A stretch of 64,000 nucleotides of DNA. Source: the human T2T-CHM13v2.0 reference genome, Homo sapiens. The first letter of the stretch is position 1, and each line of letters opens with the position of its first letter. Both the position numbers and the translations under genes were made by a program. Shown here one piece after another: positions 15,801 to 32,275 of the stretch. Under the pieces are notes generated by a model. The model was given only the letters and a program-made list of their open reading frames with translations. It was not told the origin of the DNA and searched no databases. The stretch lies in assembly GCF_009914755.1 (NCBI RefSeq), contig NC_060935.1; one strand, 5' to 3'.

Positions 15801-16899
15801 GCCAGATGGCCCACATCCTTCAGAAGGCCCGTCTTCAAGTCCAAATTTGCTGCTGCCCCATCACTTATTGGCAGCTAGCTAATTGTCTCTTCTGGGGTAG
15901 GTTTATTAATATTTTTGAGCTTTTGTTTCTTTAGGTACAAAATGAATTTATTTTACCCATCACCTAGAAATATTGAAAATTACTAAAATAATATATGTAA
16001 AATCCCTGGTATTAAGTATGACATATAATACATATTCAAGCAGTGTCATTCACCTTCTTCCATCTGCGCATATGTTGTCTTCCAAGCTTCAGGACCACAG
16101 AGACTTTACATAGAATTAAAAGTCCTAAAAAACAACAGGCCAGAATCCAGCTACCAGAAATTTTGTAATTCCTCCTAGTCCTGAGATGGAAAATTCTGAC
16201 TTTTAAAAAAATCCACATTCCATCCAAGTAAAACTAACCTTCACTGACTCCTACCTTACACTCACTATTTTCACACTTTTAGCTGAGTTCAGGCCAAGAA
16301 GAAGTGCATGTGACCTGACAGCTGAAGTAGGGACATAGGCACTACCTTGGGTATCTACCCCTAATAGACCATAGGATAGAGCAGCTCTGGGAAATGTGCT
16401 GCTCCCAGTAAGAGGATGGCAATCTGCTCTTAGTTCTTGCCAGAGAAGTAGGCTCACTATAACACTTCCCTGGCCTGTCTCAGCCTCCAGCATTGGATTG
16501 CCTGGATTTGCCTCCTGGACAATTCTAGGTTGACCTTTGCAAACTAGTACTGCCCACAGACCTATCCATGACCTTCTTCTATAGCCACCCTCTTCCCTGC
16601 ATTCCAGTCAGCAGTCTTCCTTAGTTTTGACTCTCCTCTCTGACTACATTCCTCTCTGAAGATTTTCTGAGCTCCAACTGAACCCCAGCTAATGGACCAC
16701 AGTCACCACCGACCGACGTGCCATGGTGACAGCATTGTAATAGTATAGGTTGGAATGAATCACCAGCCCTCCTTGATGATACCTCTATTTACTCCTGTCC
16801 ATATATGAAAACAAGCCACTGTCATAGGTTGAGTGCAGGGCATTGGAAATGCTGGTACCCTACAGGCTGAATGGGGCAAGGAAGTCAGTAGGTAGCTGG

Positions 16900-17495
16900 T
16901 GAATCAGATGCACCACTTTTCTGTGTGGAAACTCCCTCAAACATTTCCCATGGCACTTGAGAGAAAAACCAAATTTCTTCCCATGGCCTGCATGACCTGC
17001 CTTAGCTGACCCCTCCAAACTGATCTAACACACTTTTTTCTGCACTTCATTGGCTTCAGCCATGCTGCCCTTCTTTCTGTCCCTCTAACTGCTTTTGTCT
17101 CACTTGCAGATCAGGGCTTTCACTTCTTGTTTGCTCTCCCTGAAATTCGCTTCTCGTGGGCCCTCTCATAGTTGAGTTGTTCTTGTCACTCAAGTTTTGG
17201 CTCAAATGTCATGCCTCTTCAAATGGCCAGAGAACTTTCCTGATCATTTTATTAAATGTTACCTACCTACTCCATCACTTTCTAAACCCTTAACCAGTTG
17301 TGTTTTCATCATAGCACTTATCCCTGTGATGTGATCTTATTTACAGTGATATACTTATTTCATATTTGTGTCCTCCACTAGAATGTCATCACAATGAAGG
17401 CTGGAACTTGTATGTATTATTTACTTTTGTGGTGCTAGGGACTGGACAAGTGAATGGCACACAGAGGGTCACCAAAACATTATCTGGATAGACAA
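16900..17495 (+). mobile_element. L2 3' fragment
   Basis: cagggctttcac...ctcaaatgtca...atagcactta...ccactagaatgt...ggcacacagagggtcaccaaaacatt. Confidence 0.7.
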
Positions 17496-17871
17496 TTCAC
17501 AGTTTGAGAAGCACAGCTGGTCCCTTTAGGTACTGGCTGACACTAAAGGGTGAATCAAACAACTAAAATAGTAGCAAAGATTTCAAATGAAGTGATGGAG
17601 AATTAGACAGGCAAAGGTTATCCAAGGAATTTTGTCCTTTGGCAACAAGATTTCAGCGCCTTGGATTAGTCTTGGGGTCTTGAATGGACCGTGCAGGGCA
17701 ACAAGACTCTCACTCTGAAATAAGGATGACAGTGGTCTCAGCCCACAGGAAGACTGGTATTTAGCAAGGGAGTCAATCAGAACAAAGATGAAAGAACCAA
17801 GGTTGAATCATGGAATAAACAGGGCTATCTAAAAGAGGAAAAGAAAGATTTGTCTTAGGCAAGACAACTAA

Positions 17872-18263
<392 letters not shown>

Positions 18264-19049
18264 ATCTCATCACTCTTAACTCAGAGAAGAGAGTGACTTA
18301 ATTCTCAACCCTATCCAAAGGGGTTCCGGGTTAAAGTTGGGTATGAGGGATCAGGAAACCTCATGCTAGTGAGAAGCTAGGGAGAACAGAGCCACACAGA
18401 GATAGGAGCTGACAGTTTCTCCCAGCAGCCAGCCTTTGCAAGAGTTAATTAGCTCCCTCACAGCTCTCAGAGGCAGCCGAAGATGAATAGTGTGCGCTGT
18501 GATTACTCTGCCTTTTAAACCATCCTGTGTCTCCACGTTACAGGCAACACTTTCTGGAGTAAGTAAATCATGCCCAGCATTCATCTCACACATACAGACA
18601 AATATGAAATCAACATTTCTCCATGGTAAACAAGATCCCGCTGTTCATCTGCTGCTGGTGGGCATCCAGAATGTCACTCCTTTTCTCTAAGAGAATGAAT
18701 GTCTCAGAAGAAGAACCTGTTTTCTGGGGACTCAGTTTAGAAATGGTTAGGGGCAACCATCTAAAACAGAAACAGACCGTTGTGAAATTGGATCAGATAT
18801 GCCAATTTTGCATAGTTTTAACTAGTTCAGGTGCAAGTCTCTCCATAACAGTACCTGCAGTGAATCTTTATTCAAGCTTTACAAGAACAGTTTTAACCTA
18901 ATAGGCTTAAAATGATGAAAAATATTGAAATAGTAACCAGTGTTGGCTAGGGCATTAGTAAACAGGCATTCTCATGTACTTTGGTACCAAATTCAACCTG
19001 GTACAACAAACTTTCTAGAAAGTAGTTTGCTAGAATAATCCTCATAACA

Positions 19050-20400
19050 AAATGTCATCTCATTGATGTTTTAATTATGTTTCCTTGATAGCTAGTGAGG
19101 TTTAGCATGTTTTAACTGCTAAAACCTTATATATAGTAGTCTATGAATTGCCTGATCTATCCTTGGATCATTTCCTATTGGAATATCCTTTTTATCTTAC
19201 TGGTTTGTATGAGCCCTTAAAAGATTAAGAAAACTAAACCTTTGTTTATAATATTTCTTGCAAAAAATTTTTATAGTTTGCGTTTTAATGTTGTTTATGG
19301 TATTCAGATGGATAAGTGGATCAAGACTTGTTTTTGCCATTCACAAATTATAGGATTTTATATAGTCAAAGACATTATTAATCTTTTCCTTTAAGCCATT
19401 GGGTCTGTACATTTTAAGTTCTTCAACATCACAGGATTACATAAATACTTATTTATATATTCTGGCATTGTAACAGTTTCTTTTTTTGGTTCAAAACTTT
19501 GAGATATCCAAAATTTATTTTTGTAGCTGTTATGGGTACAAAGCTTGAATGTGTTTTTTTTTTAAAGGCCTGTACACTTGCTACCAGTCATATTTTATTG
19601 AATAATCCACTTAATAAATAGGTGATTCTTTCCCTAATATTTTAACTGCCACAATTAATGTATACCAAATTATTACACAAACTTAGCTCAGTTTCTGGAC
19701 TATTTTTTAGCTTTATAAATCTGACTACTTTGGTGCTACACCACAGTGATAATTTAATTTCAAATAGGAAAAGTCAATCTCATTACTCATTTTTCTTAGT
19801 CTTTTCATGACTATTCTAACACAATTATTCTTCTAAATGAACTTTGGAGTCATTTGGTCAAGTTCCAAACAAAAATCTCATCAAATTTTAATTGGGATTG
19901 TATTAAATGTATAAATTAATTTGAGGAGAAATGACATCTTTAAAATATTGAAGCCTCTAATCTAGAGACTTGTAATGCCTCCTGATTTATTAACATCTTT
20001 TATGTCCCTAAGTCAAGTTTGTGATATTTCTAAGATAGATAGATATTTCCTTTTAAGATTAGTTCTTATTATACTTTCATTGCTATTGTTAATGTGATTA
20101 TATTTTCTTTATGTATTTTTTATTATTATTTTGCCTCCTCCCCCCTCTTTATATAATTCTAAGTAGCTATCTCTACTGTATAGAGAAGCTACTGATTTTT
20201 ATATTAATTTGATAACTGGATACTTTAGTAAATGCCTTTATTAGTTTTATTGTTTTTTGAATGATTCTCCTGTTTTTTCTAGATAGACAATCTTAATCCT
20301 CAATAAACAATGTTAATTTTATCTCCTTCATAATACTTGTAGGACTTATTTTACTTAAATAATTGCTTTGACACATATGTCTAATATAGGAAACCTTTAG
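19050..20400 (-). mobile_element. Old L1 (L1ME-type) ORF2 fragments
   Basis: T-rich antisense L1 motifs such as ttaattgggattgtattaaatgtataaattaatttgaggagaaatgacatcttt. Confidence 0.75.
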
Positions 20401-20418
20401 GAGCAGGAGAATTTTTGA

Positions 20419-20764
<346 letters not shown>

Positions 20765-21072
20765 AAAATCATTGCTTTTTTAAAAGTAAATATTATTTGT
20801 AACAGATTCAGCTGCCCATTAAATTGTCCCTATCTCCCACTCTAATTATCAGGGATTTAGTTCATGCTGAATTTTATTCTTAAATTATTTTAAAATTGTA
20901 ACAACGAGGAGGAAAGAAAGAAATTGAGATTAAAGTGGTTCAAATCATAGACTCTGAAGCCAAATAGCCTAGGTTCCAAGCCTGTCTTTGTTACGTATTA
21001 GTCATTATTATTTTAGGCCAATTATTTCACTTGTATGTGGTTCTCAAATATGTAAAATGGAAGTAATAATAC

Positions 21073-22062
<990 letters not shown>

Positions 22063-22109
22063 TTACCTAACACAGTTGTTGTAAGGGATTACTTTTTTTT
22101 TTAATGGAT

Positions 22110-22315
22110 GATTTTCCTCTCTCTGCAACCTCACAGAGCAGAAGAGATGAGGGATCTCTGTGGGATTCTTTTATATGAGCACTAATCTCACTCATGAGGG
22201 CCCCACCCTCATAACCTAATTACCTCTCAGAGGCCCTGTGTCCAAACACCCTCACATTGGGGATTAGGTTTCAACATCTGAATTTGGTTGGGGAGGGCAC
22301 AAATAGTCTATAGCA
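22110..22315 (-). mobile_element. Partial MLT1A/MST-type LTR
   Basis: gagcactaatctcactcatgagggccccaccctcataacctaattacctc...cacattggggattaggtttcaaca. Confidence 0.75.
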
Positions 22316-22694
22316 CCGTATTTTATTATTTTTTAATGCCAATGCATTCATTTTGTTAGTGTGCTGTAGGATTTCTCATCTGTAGCCATAAATATAATTG
22401 TACTCCAGGGTTCTGTGGTTTTATATTTGTGTTACATGTACTATTTTTGTTCAATTTTATTGTCAAGTTTATGTTAGCTTCATAAAATGAATTGAGAGGT
22501 TTTCTATCTTTTTCAGTGCTTTGGAGAAAAGTAATACATTTCCAATCATCTATGCTCAGTGTGAAAATATATTTAGAACACATAAATATTTGATTATTTT
22601 AAGTTTGATAGACCCTACCTGGGAAATTATTGGCTCCTGGAGTCTCAGTTCCTACTATAGTGATTTAATCTACTCTATTTATTTTAATAAACTA

Positions 22695-22982
<288 letters not shown>

Positions 22983-23191
22983 AATAAACTTATTTTAAGA
23001 ACATTTTTACATTTACAGAAAAATTGCTAAGATAGTACAGAGAGTTCCCATACACCCCACACCCAGTTTCCACTACTATTAACCCCTTATATTTGTATGG
23101 TAAACTTGTTACTATTAATTAACTAATATTTTACATTATTATAAAGTCCATTTTTAAGTCCATATTCATTCACATTTCCCTGATTTTTACC

Positions 23192-23586
23192 TGGTATTGT
23201 CTCAATGTCTCCCAAAACCTATGTGTTGTAACTTAATTGCCAATGTGATCGTGTTAAGAGGTGGGTCTTTTAGGAGCTGATTAGACCATGAGGGCTCCAC
23301 CTTCATGGATGGAATTTGTATCCTTATAAAAGAGCAGGAGAGAGTGAGTTTGGGCCCTGTTTTCCCTTCTGCCTTCAGCCATGTGAGGCCACAGGGCTCA
23401 TCCCCTCCCAATGATACAGTAATAAGATGCCATATTAGAAGACACAGGGTCTTCACCAGACACTGGCCTGCCAGCACGTTGATCTTAGACTTCTCAGCCA
23501 CCAGAACCGTGAGAAATAAATTTCTGTTCTTTATAAATTACTCTGTCTGTGGTATTTTGTTACAGTGGCACAAGTGAACTAATGTC
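23192..23586 (+). mobile_element. MST-type MaLR LTR inserted in L1
   Basis: atgtgttgtaacttaattgccaatg...catgagggctccacc...ccagaaccgtgagaaataaatttctgttctttataaattac. Confidence 0.85.
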
Positions 23587-25080
23587 TTTTTTCTCTTCCA
23601 GAATGTTTTCCAGGATATCACATTAAATTTGCTCACTCTATCTCCTTAGGCTCCTCTTGGCTGTGACAGTATCTCAGATTTTCCTTATTTTTGATGACCT
23701 TGACAGTTGTGAGCTCTCATCAGGCATTTTGTAGAATGTCCCTCTATGGAGATTTGTCAGATGTTTTTCTGATGATTAGACTTGGGTCATGGGTTTTAGG
23801 AGGAAGACCCTAGAGGTAAAAGTACAATTTTGATCACATCATATCAAGGGTATATAAAATATCAACATGATTTATAATTGTTGTTATCAACTGTGATCAT
23901 ATGGCTGAGGAAATAATCTTATCAGGAGAGTACAATGCTATGTACAGTTTATTTTGCCCTCGGTCTTATAGACTCCACTTATTTCCAAAACTAGTTAGAT
24001 CAGCACTTTTTTTTTTTTCCCTATCTCCTTCAATGCAGTTGTTTCACATATTTGTAAAACAGATTTTTTCATCACATTCTGTGTTCTGTCCTGGGTTTTC
24101 AGACCTCCTAAGTAATTTTTTTAAATGTGCATATATTAAGATTTACTCTTTGTGCTATCAAATTCTATGGGTTTTGGCAAATGCGTAGTTTCTGACATCC
24201 ACAATTGCAGTATCATATAGAATAGCTTCACAGTCCTAAAACATCTCCTCTGCTTCTTCTATTTAGCCTTACACTTTTATCCTTCCCTATGGCAAACTGA
24301 ACTTTTGACAGCTGCTATAGTTTTTCCTTTTCTAGACTGTCACATAATTGGAGTAATACAATACATAGCCTTTTCAGACTGGCTTCTTTCACTTAGCTAT
24401 ATACATTTAGCATTCAGGTCTTCTCGTGGCTTGATAGTTCATTTCATTTTATTGCTGAATAATATTCTATCGTATGTACCACAGTTTGTTTATTCATTCA
24501 CCAATTGAAGGACATTCTGGTTACTTCCAGCTTTTGTTGATTATGAATAAAGCTGTTATAAACATTTGCATTTAGATTTTGTGAGGACATAAGTTTTTAA
24601 ATCAATTAAGTAAATACCTAGCAGTGAGGTTATTGGATAGTGTTATAAAGCTATATTTTGATTTATAAGTACAGCCAAACTGTCTTTCAAACTGAGTGTA
24701 TCATTTCACATTCTCACAAGCAATGAATAAGAATTCCTGTTGTTCCATATCCTAGCTAGCAATTGGTATTGTCAGTACTTTGGGATTTTAGCCATTCTAA
24801 TACGATTGTAGTAGTATCTCATTGTTGTTTTAATTTGCAATTTCCTCATGACAAATGATGTTGAACATCTTTTCACATGTTTGTTTGCCATCTGTATATC
24901 TTCTTTTGTGAGGCTTCTGCTGGCAGTGAATTTGCTCAGTTTTTCTTTGCCTGACACAGTTTTATTTCTCTGTCTCTTTTGAAAGTCAGTTTCACTAACT
25001 ACAGAATTCTATACTGATGGCTTTTTTCCTTTCAACATTTTAAATATTTTACTCCATTCTTTTCTTGATTGCATGGCTTT

Positions 25081-25394
25081 TTGTTTTTTGTTTTTCTGTT
25101 TTTGTTTTTGTATTGAGACAGTCTTGCTTATATTGCCCAGGCTGGAGTGAAGAGGCATGATCTCAGCTCACTGCAACCACTGCCTTCTGGGTTCAAGTGA
25201 TTCTCCCACCTCAGCCTCCTGAGCAGCTGGGATTACAGGTGTGCGCCACCATGCCTGGCTAATTTTTGTATTTTTAGTAGAGATAAGGTTTTACCATGTT
25301 GGCCAGGCTGGTCTCAAACTCCTGACCTTAAGTGATCTGCTCACCTTGGCCTCCCAAACTGCTGGGATTATAGGCATGAGCCACCGTGTCCGGA
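25081..25394 (-). mobile_element. AluS
   Basis: Full dimer with a (TTTTTG)n tail; TSD cttgattgcatgg (25064-25076 / 25395-25407). Confidence 0.94.
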
Positions 25395-27059
25395 CTTGAT
25401 TGCATGGTTTCTGACAAGAACTTTATGATCATTCTTACCTTGTTCTTCCATAGGTAAGGTAGGTTTTTTTCCCTCTGGTTTCTTATAAATATTTTTTTTC
25501 TTGTCTTTGGTTTTGTGTAGGTTGAATATACTATGTCCTGGTGTCAATTTTGGGGGATTTAGCCTGTTTGGTGTTCCCTGAGCTTTCTATATTTGTGGTT
25601 TTGTTTACTGATTAATTTTTGAAGCTACCAAGTCATTACTTTAAATATATCTTCTTTGATTTCTCTTTTTTTTTTCCTGTTATTCCAATTATGTGTATGT
25701 TACCCTTTTTGAAATTGTCTCACAGTTCTTGGATATTCTCTTCTTTTTCATTCTTTTTTCTCTTTGTACTTCAGTTTGGGAAGTTTCTATTGACATATCT
25801 TCAAGATCACTGGTTCTTTCAACAATGTCCAGTCTACTGATGAAGTATGGCAATGTAATGATGATCAAAGGCAGCATTCTTCATTTCCATTAAAGTGTTT
25901 TTTATTTCTAGAAATTTTTAAAATTCTTCCTTAGAATTTTCACTTCTCTGCTTACATTACCCATCTGTTTTGTATGTTGTCTGCTTTTTCCATTATGGTC
26001 CTAATGCATTTATCATAGTTATTTTACATTTCCTGTCTGATAATTCCAACATCTGTGTTATATCTGAATCTGGTTGATGATGCTTGCTTTATCTTTTAGA
26101 CTGTGATTTTTCTTGCTTTTTGGCTCGTTTTGTAATTTTTTACAGAAAGTCAGGCATATTATATGTTAGAAGCTGAGGTAAATCGGCCTCAGTTTAAGCA
26201 TTTGCGCTAATCTGGCTAGGAATTAGGCTGTGTTTAATGTAGTTACTAGAGGCTTCAAATTTCTTTTATGTCCTTGTTTATGTCTCTCCCATTGTCTTTG
26301 GGTTTCCCTGTGAACACTTCCTCAGTTGAGTCAGTTGTGTACAACCCTTTTATCTATAATCCATTGTTATTACACTAGGGAGCCTTGTTGGAGTGGTCAT
26401 ACAGTTTAGGGGGAAGGGGAAGTTTTCTGTTATCAAATCTCAGTATGTTGGTGGACCTGTGTTCCTAGCAGTGACCTTCATAAGTGTTTCTTAGATTTTT
26501 CTCCCCACTTATGTGAGATAGGAAGCCTAGAAGTGGGAGAAATGCCTTTCCCCAGGTTTGATAAAAGGCAAATTCCTTCCCCATGGAGAGGAGGCCTTTG
26601 TTAAGGAGAATTCACTGTGTGTTTCACAGTGGTTACTCTTCCCTCCCTGTGCGAGAGTCAGGAGATCTTTTTGGTTCATCCTGAGAATCTTGTGGAGTTG
26701 CTGGAAGTAAGACTCAGAAGCACATCAGGACCCCTAAGACTGTGACCCCCAGGAGTTTCTCACTCTCTAATTAGTTCACATTCACCTCCAGAAATTCATC
26801 AAAATTATCATTTTACTGTTTTTACCAGTTGTTGACTCCAGCAGCTTCTGCTTCAGGTAAGCTGATCTCAGCTTTGATTCTCTGGATTTACCTGTCTCTC
26901 CAAATTTTGAGGCAGCAGTTTCCCCTGCAACTTTATTCCCTGATTTATCTGAGAAAAGCTGTTGATTTTCAGTTTGTTCAACTTTTTTCTCATAAGGGTG
27001 GAGGGTAGCATCTTCCAAGCTCTTTACACATTAGAGCTAAAACCAAAGTCTCTATCCTG

Positions 27060-29000
27060 TTTTTTTAACTTACTCTTGGTTCAATCTTGTATCTAAATGT
27101 TTTGTGTCTAAATGTTTTTCCATGGAGATGTACAGGGTATTATTAGTTCTTTAAAACTGTTTTGTATATTTAGTTTTACCCCCTTTTCTCATGCCTACTG
27201 TTGCACATTTTTATTTTCTACCTTTTTTCCTCCTGATTTGCATTGCCAGAAGGATGTCAGTATTACTGAATGAAAAAAAATCTGTTAAGTTTGTCACCTC
27301 TGTTTTATCTCCTATTTATTTGATTTCTTATTTTCTATACCTTCAGTTTTTCTTAGGTTTTATTCGCTACTTATATGTTTTCTCTACTTAAGTTGGATGT
27401 GTAGCTTCTTTGATTTCTTCCACCATTATTTAACAATATACTAATAATACTCCTCTCTCTATTACTGCTCTTCCTATTTTCATACTTTTGCAGTAATTTT
27501 ATTGTTTTTTAAATAGTTTGTAATTTCAGTTTTAATTAACTCTTTGACATAGAAGTTACATTGGAGAGGAGATTTTTGTTTTCCATTTTCAAGTGAATTT
27601 AAGTTTTTCCTCTTTGCCTTTTATGTTAATGTCTACTTTTATTGCACTGCATTGTTAGACTGTAGAATGTATGGTTTCAAATGTGAAGAATTTTTTCACT
27701 ATTTTTTATGGCCTAGGATATAAATATTTTTGTGAAAATGTCATGAACTTTGGAAAGTAATGTATTTTCTGTTTGTAGTGTATGCAATTCTCCATTTGAT
27801 CATTTAAGGCAAATTTTCAACTGATTTTTCACTTTTTTCACTTGCTATTTGTGCCGTGAAAAATAAGATGTGTCTTTAAATCTGTCAATACAATTGTACT
27901 TTCATCAATTTCTCTAACAGCTTTTTAAAGTATTTTAATGCTTTGTTATTTAATAGATTAGCATTAGTAATTATAACTTTATTTTAGGTAATCTTGTCTA
28001 ATCAATATTAAGTAACATTCCACTTCCTTTGTGTGCTGTTACATGAATTTTAATTTGAGTTCCGATAGTACTATAGGCATTTCTGCCTCTCTTTTTTTGG
28101 CATTTCCTTAATAAATCTGTACTCCTGTGAACCTTTCTAGACCAACTTAGTTTTAAAACATTTGCTATGAACAGTATGCAGATAACTTTATGTTTTGCAT
28201 ATTATATGCTTTTTAAAAATATTATATTAATTAGAAAAATATCTACTCTCCTTTATACTGATGATTACATGGTTTGTTCTTAAAACATATTAAACTTTAA
28301 TTTTCTCTGTTACAATGAAACACATAAGCATTATCTATCCAGTCCCCTACCCCATCCTCACTCAAAAACCCTAGTAACCATGAGGAGAGGGATCGACACA
28401 TAAGTAAAGAACTATTTGTTTAACCATTGAAACATACATGTTTTTTCATGCTATTTCTCCTTTATACCACACATGTTTGTGACAGATTATGGGTTTTTTA
28501 ATTTAGATGCTAAAATTGTAATCCATAATACATTATACTTCTACCCCTTTAAGAATTTTTTTTAATTAGCATTAGGCTTTATATTTACCTTTTACAAATA
28601 TTAAGATGCTAACATTTATATTTGAAACACTACCATTGTTATCATTCATTTCCTTCTTATTACATTTTTCCTATAAATAAGAGTTTCATTTTTCTTAATT
28701 TCTCAGACAGGCAGAGAATTGCTTGAGGTTTAGTTCTTTTAGTTTTTTTTGTTTTTTTTTTCTTAATAAATACATGCAGTAGTTTTACTTTCTAAGTCAT
28801 TTTTCCAGCCCTTTTATATTGACAGTTTTTCCAGGTTCAGAAATTTTTGATCACAATAATTTCCTTTGAAAATTCTATAGACATTGCTCCATTGTCTTCT
28901 GGCATTTAGAATTGCAGAAAAAGAGACCGTTGCCAACTTAACTATTTTTATTTTTACATAAAAATTTTATTTTCCCCTCCTTAATTATTTAAAGAGCTTT
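27060..29000 (-). mobile_element. Highly diverged L1 (L1ME-type) fragments
   Basis: T-rich, with antisense L1 motifs (ttttattgcact...tttatggcctagga; acattgctccattgtcttctggcatt). Confidence 0.6.
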
Positions 29001-29939
29001 ACAATTAGGTATTCATTTTTTTTCACCTTATGCATAATGATAATTTGAAAAGCCAAATAGTTCTAGAAGACTTGTAACTTAATATAAACCCTCTCCCATT
29101 TACTGCTCCACAAAGGCAACTACTTTCAAATTTTTTAGCTGATTTTGAAAAACGTACTTCTGTAACTCTAAATAGCAGGCTTATACTGCTATTTGAATTC
29201 TCAACACAGTTTAACCAGTCCTTACTTTAGCTTCTTAACACCATCCACCCAGCCCCCATAAGTGTGGGAGCTACTGATTCCTGAGAGTTTGAGTTCTGTG
29301 AGGGGAATGTGTTCTTCTTGGCTTTTCCTGCTGGCAGCTTAGAATCCTGCTTTTGTCAGTCAGCTGTGTCAGTTACACTTCATCTACTGCTCAGCTTCCC
29401 AATTTTTTTTTTTGGCTACTGACATTCTATTTTTCTTTGCCATTTTCAATTATTGTCTTCAAACATTTTTTTTTTACTATCATTTTAGTGAGATTTTAAG
29501 GGAAAGTGAAACTAAAGGCATGTGTTCAATTACCCATTTTTAGCCAGAAATTCTGATGTTTTTGATCCTTGAAATTCAAAGATGTTACTAGATATATCTA
29601 GGAACATATTTTCTTCTATCAGCTTTACCTCGCTGCTCAATCAGGGATTTGGTTCCACAAATCTTAATTTTTCCTTTGTACAGGGAAGTCTGTTTATATT
29701 TTGTATTATTCTTCCATATGTTTCATTTCACTTTCTGAAATTCTACTATAAATGGATTATATGTTCTGGATCTATTCTTCACTTTTATCATATTTTTGTT
29801 CATCATTTTCATCTATACAAATTTCCTCTGAATTCTGGGATAATTTATCTAAATCAACTATTCACTACTTCGTTATGTTTTCTGTAAATATTTCATAACC
29901 ATATTTTTTATCTAGAATTTTTTTCTGGTCTCAGAAGTT

Positions 29940-30266
<327 letters not shown>

Positions 30267-30809
30267 TGATAGATGCATTGTCCTTTTAAATCTTAATAAG
30301 AGCATGGATTATAACATTTTCAAATTCCTTCTTTGTTAACAAAAATGTATCTATTTAATAGGGAAATATTAATTCTAATTCTTAGGAACAATCTCCTTTT
30401 ATTTGGACCAGTAAATTTTTATATGCATTTGATATTTCTTTAATTTATTAATTTTTGAAGAATTGAGGTGTATTTGGGAAGAGTACACTATTTGGAAGTC
30501 ACTTGGAATGAGTAAAATGCACAGAATCTTGGGGCACTACATTATAGCTGAGAGCAAAGCCATGATGGGGGAACAGGATGGAAGAATAAAAGTGGCCAAA
30601 ATTATACCACACCTTTCAGCAGAAAACCACTCTAGCCTAGCCCCAGACCTGGCTGCTCTTGAACATGGCTTATCATTATGGTCTACTTATTTGAACCCCT
30701 TCCCTCCTTCATGGCTTAGCTCTAGGTCCTTTGACATGTTCTCTAAAAGTTTGACTCTTTCCAGGATTAATGCAAATTCTCAGTTTTCTGTTAGTTTTTA
30801 CAAGACAAC

Positions 30810-31195
30810 TGCTATGGTTAGAATGTGTCTCAAAATTCTGATGTTGACAATGCGATGGGATTAAGAGGTGGGGCATTTAAGAGGTCATTAGACCATGAAG
30901 GCTTCTCCCTTCTGAATGGGATTTAGGCCCTTATAGAAGAGGTTTTACAAAGCCAGTGTTAGGCTATTGCCCTTCCACCTTCCACCATGTGAGAACAAAA
31001 TGTTTCTCCCCTCCAAAGAAGTCATCATCAGAGTGCCATTTTGGAAGTTGAGAGCTTCCCTCACCAAACACTGAACCTGCCCACCCTTTTATCTTGGACT
31101 TCCCAGCCTCCTCAACTGTGAGAAATACATTTCTATTCTTTATAAATTATCTTGTTTCAGGTATTTTTTTAAACCAGCGTGAATAGACTATGACC
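30810..31195 (+). mobile_element. MST/MLT1A-type MaLR solo LTR
   Basis: Starts tgctatggtt, ends gactatgacc; 5-bp TSD acaac (30805-30809 / 31196-31200). Confidence 0.88.
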
Positions 31196-31554
31196 ACAAC
31201 TCAAGGTAACAACTGTCTCCAATGTCATTACTGATACTTGCATTGCTATTAGTTCTAACAAATACTACAGCATTTTAATTAGCATACGTGTAGGCCAGTT
31301 CAATCTTCCAGTTTAATTCCAGAAAGAGAATATCTCATCATCTGAAATAGATGGTTATTTGCCTTCCTAAAAACAAAAATGTTAAATGTAAAAAAGGCAT
31401 ATTAGTCTAAAGATTCTTTAATGAAAGTAATATTGAGACTTGTTGTTGTTTACTGTTGTTCAGAAACTCACCAACTTTGTGTCTCTCTCTGAAGATCACA
31501 TAGCCCAAATCCACAAACTGTTTTCTTAAACATTTGGGACTAGATGTATTCAAA

Positions 31555-32275
31555 CGAAACATATTTTGACCATATGATCCAGCAATTGCTGTCCTTGGTA
31601 GTTAGCCAAAAAGGGAAAAATTTATATTCTACACAAAACCCATACATGCATGTTTAGAGTAGCTTTATTCATAATTGCCAAAACTTGGAAGTAACCAAGC
31701 TGTCCTTCAGTAGGTGAATGGATGAACTGTGGTATACTTAGATGATGGACTATTGTTCAGTATTAAAAAGAAATAAGCTATAAAACTACACAAAGACATG
31801 GAGGAAACTGAAATGCATATTAGTAAGTGAAAGAAGTCAATCTGAAAAGACTGTATATTGTGTGAATCCAACTATAGGACATTCTGAAAAAGGCACAACT
31901 ATAGAGACAGTAAAAAGATCAGTGGTTGCCAAGAGTTAGCAGGAAGGAAAAGATTAAGTAGGTGGATCACAGAATTTTTAGGGAAGTGAAACTATTTTGT
32001 ATGATACTATAATGGTGAATACATATCATTATACATTTGCCAAAACCCATGGAATGTCCAACAACAAAAGTGAACCTTAATGTCAACTGTGGACTCTGGA
32101 TGACAGTGACGTGTCAGTGTAGGTTCATCAATTGTAACAAATCTACCATTCTGGTGGGAGATGTTGGTAGTGGGGAGGACATGCATATGTGACAGCAGGA
32201 GGTATACAGGAACTACGAACTTTCTGCTCAATTTTGCTGTGAACTTAGAATTGCCCTAACAAAAATTAATCAAAA
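31555..32275 (+). mobile_element. L1MC-type 3' end
   Basis: catatgatccagcaattgc...tttattcataattgccaaaacttggaag...gtgtaggttcatcaattgtaacaaat. Confidence 0.85.

Larger units (their letters stand above)
22985..27050 (-). mobile_element. Old L1 (L1MC/MD-type) pieces: 3' end/ORF2 ~22985-24920, ORF1/5' region ~24920-27050
   Basis: Antisense L1 motifs (catttacagaaaaattgc...; gtagtatctcattgttgttttaatttgc...gttgaacatcttttcacatg); ORF1-like SRLD..EERTSDLED in the minus-strand ORF 25689-25877. Confidence 0.8.
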
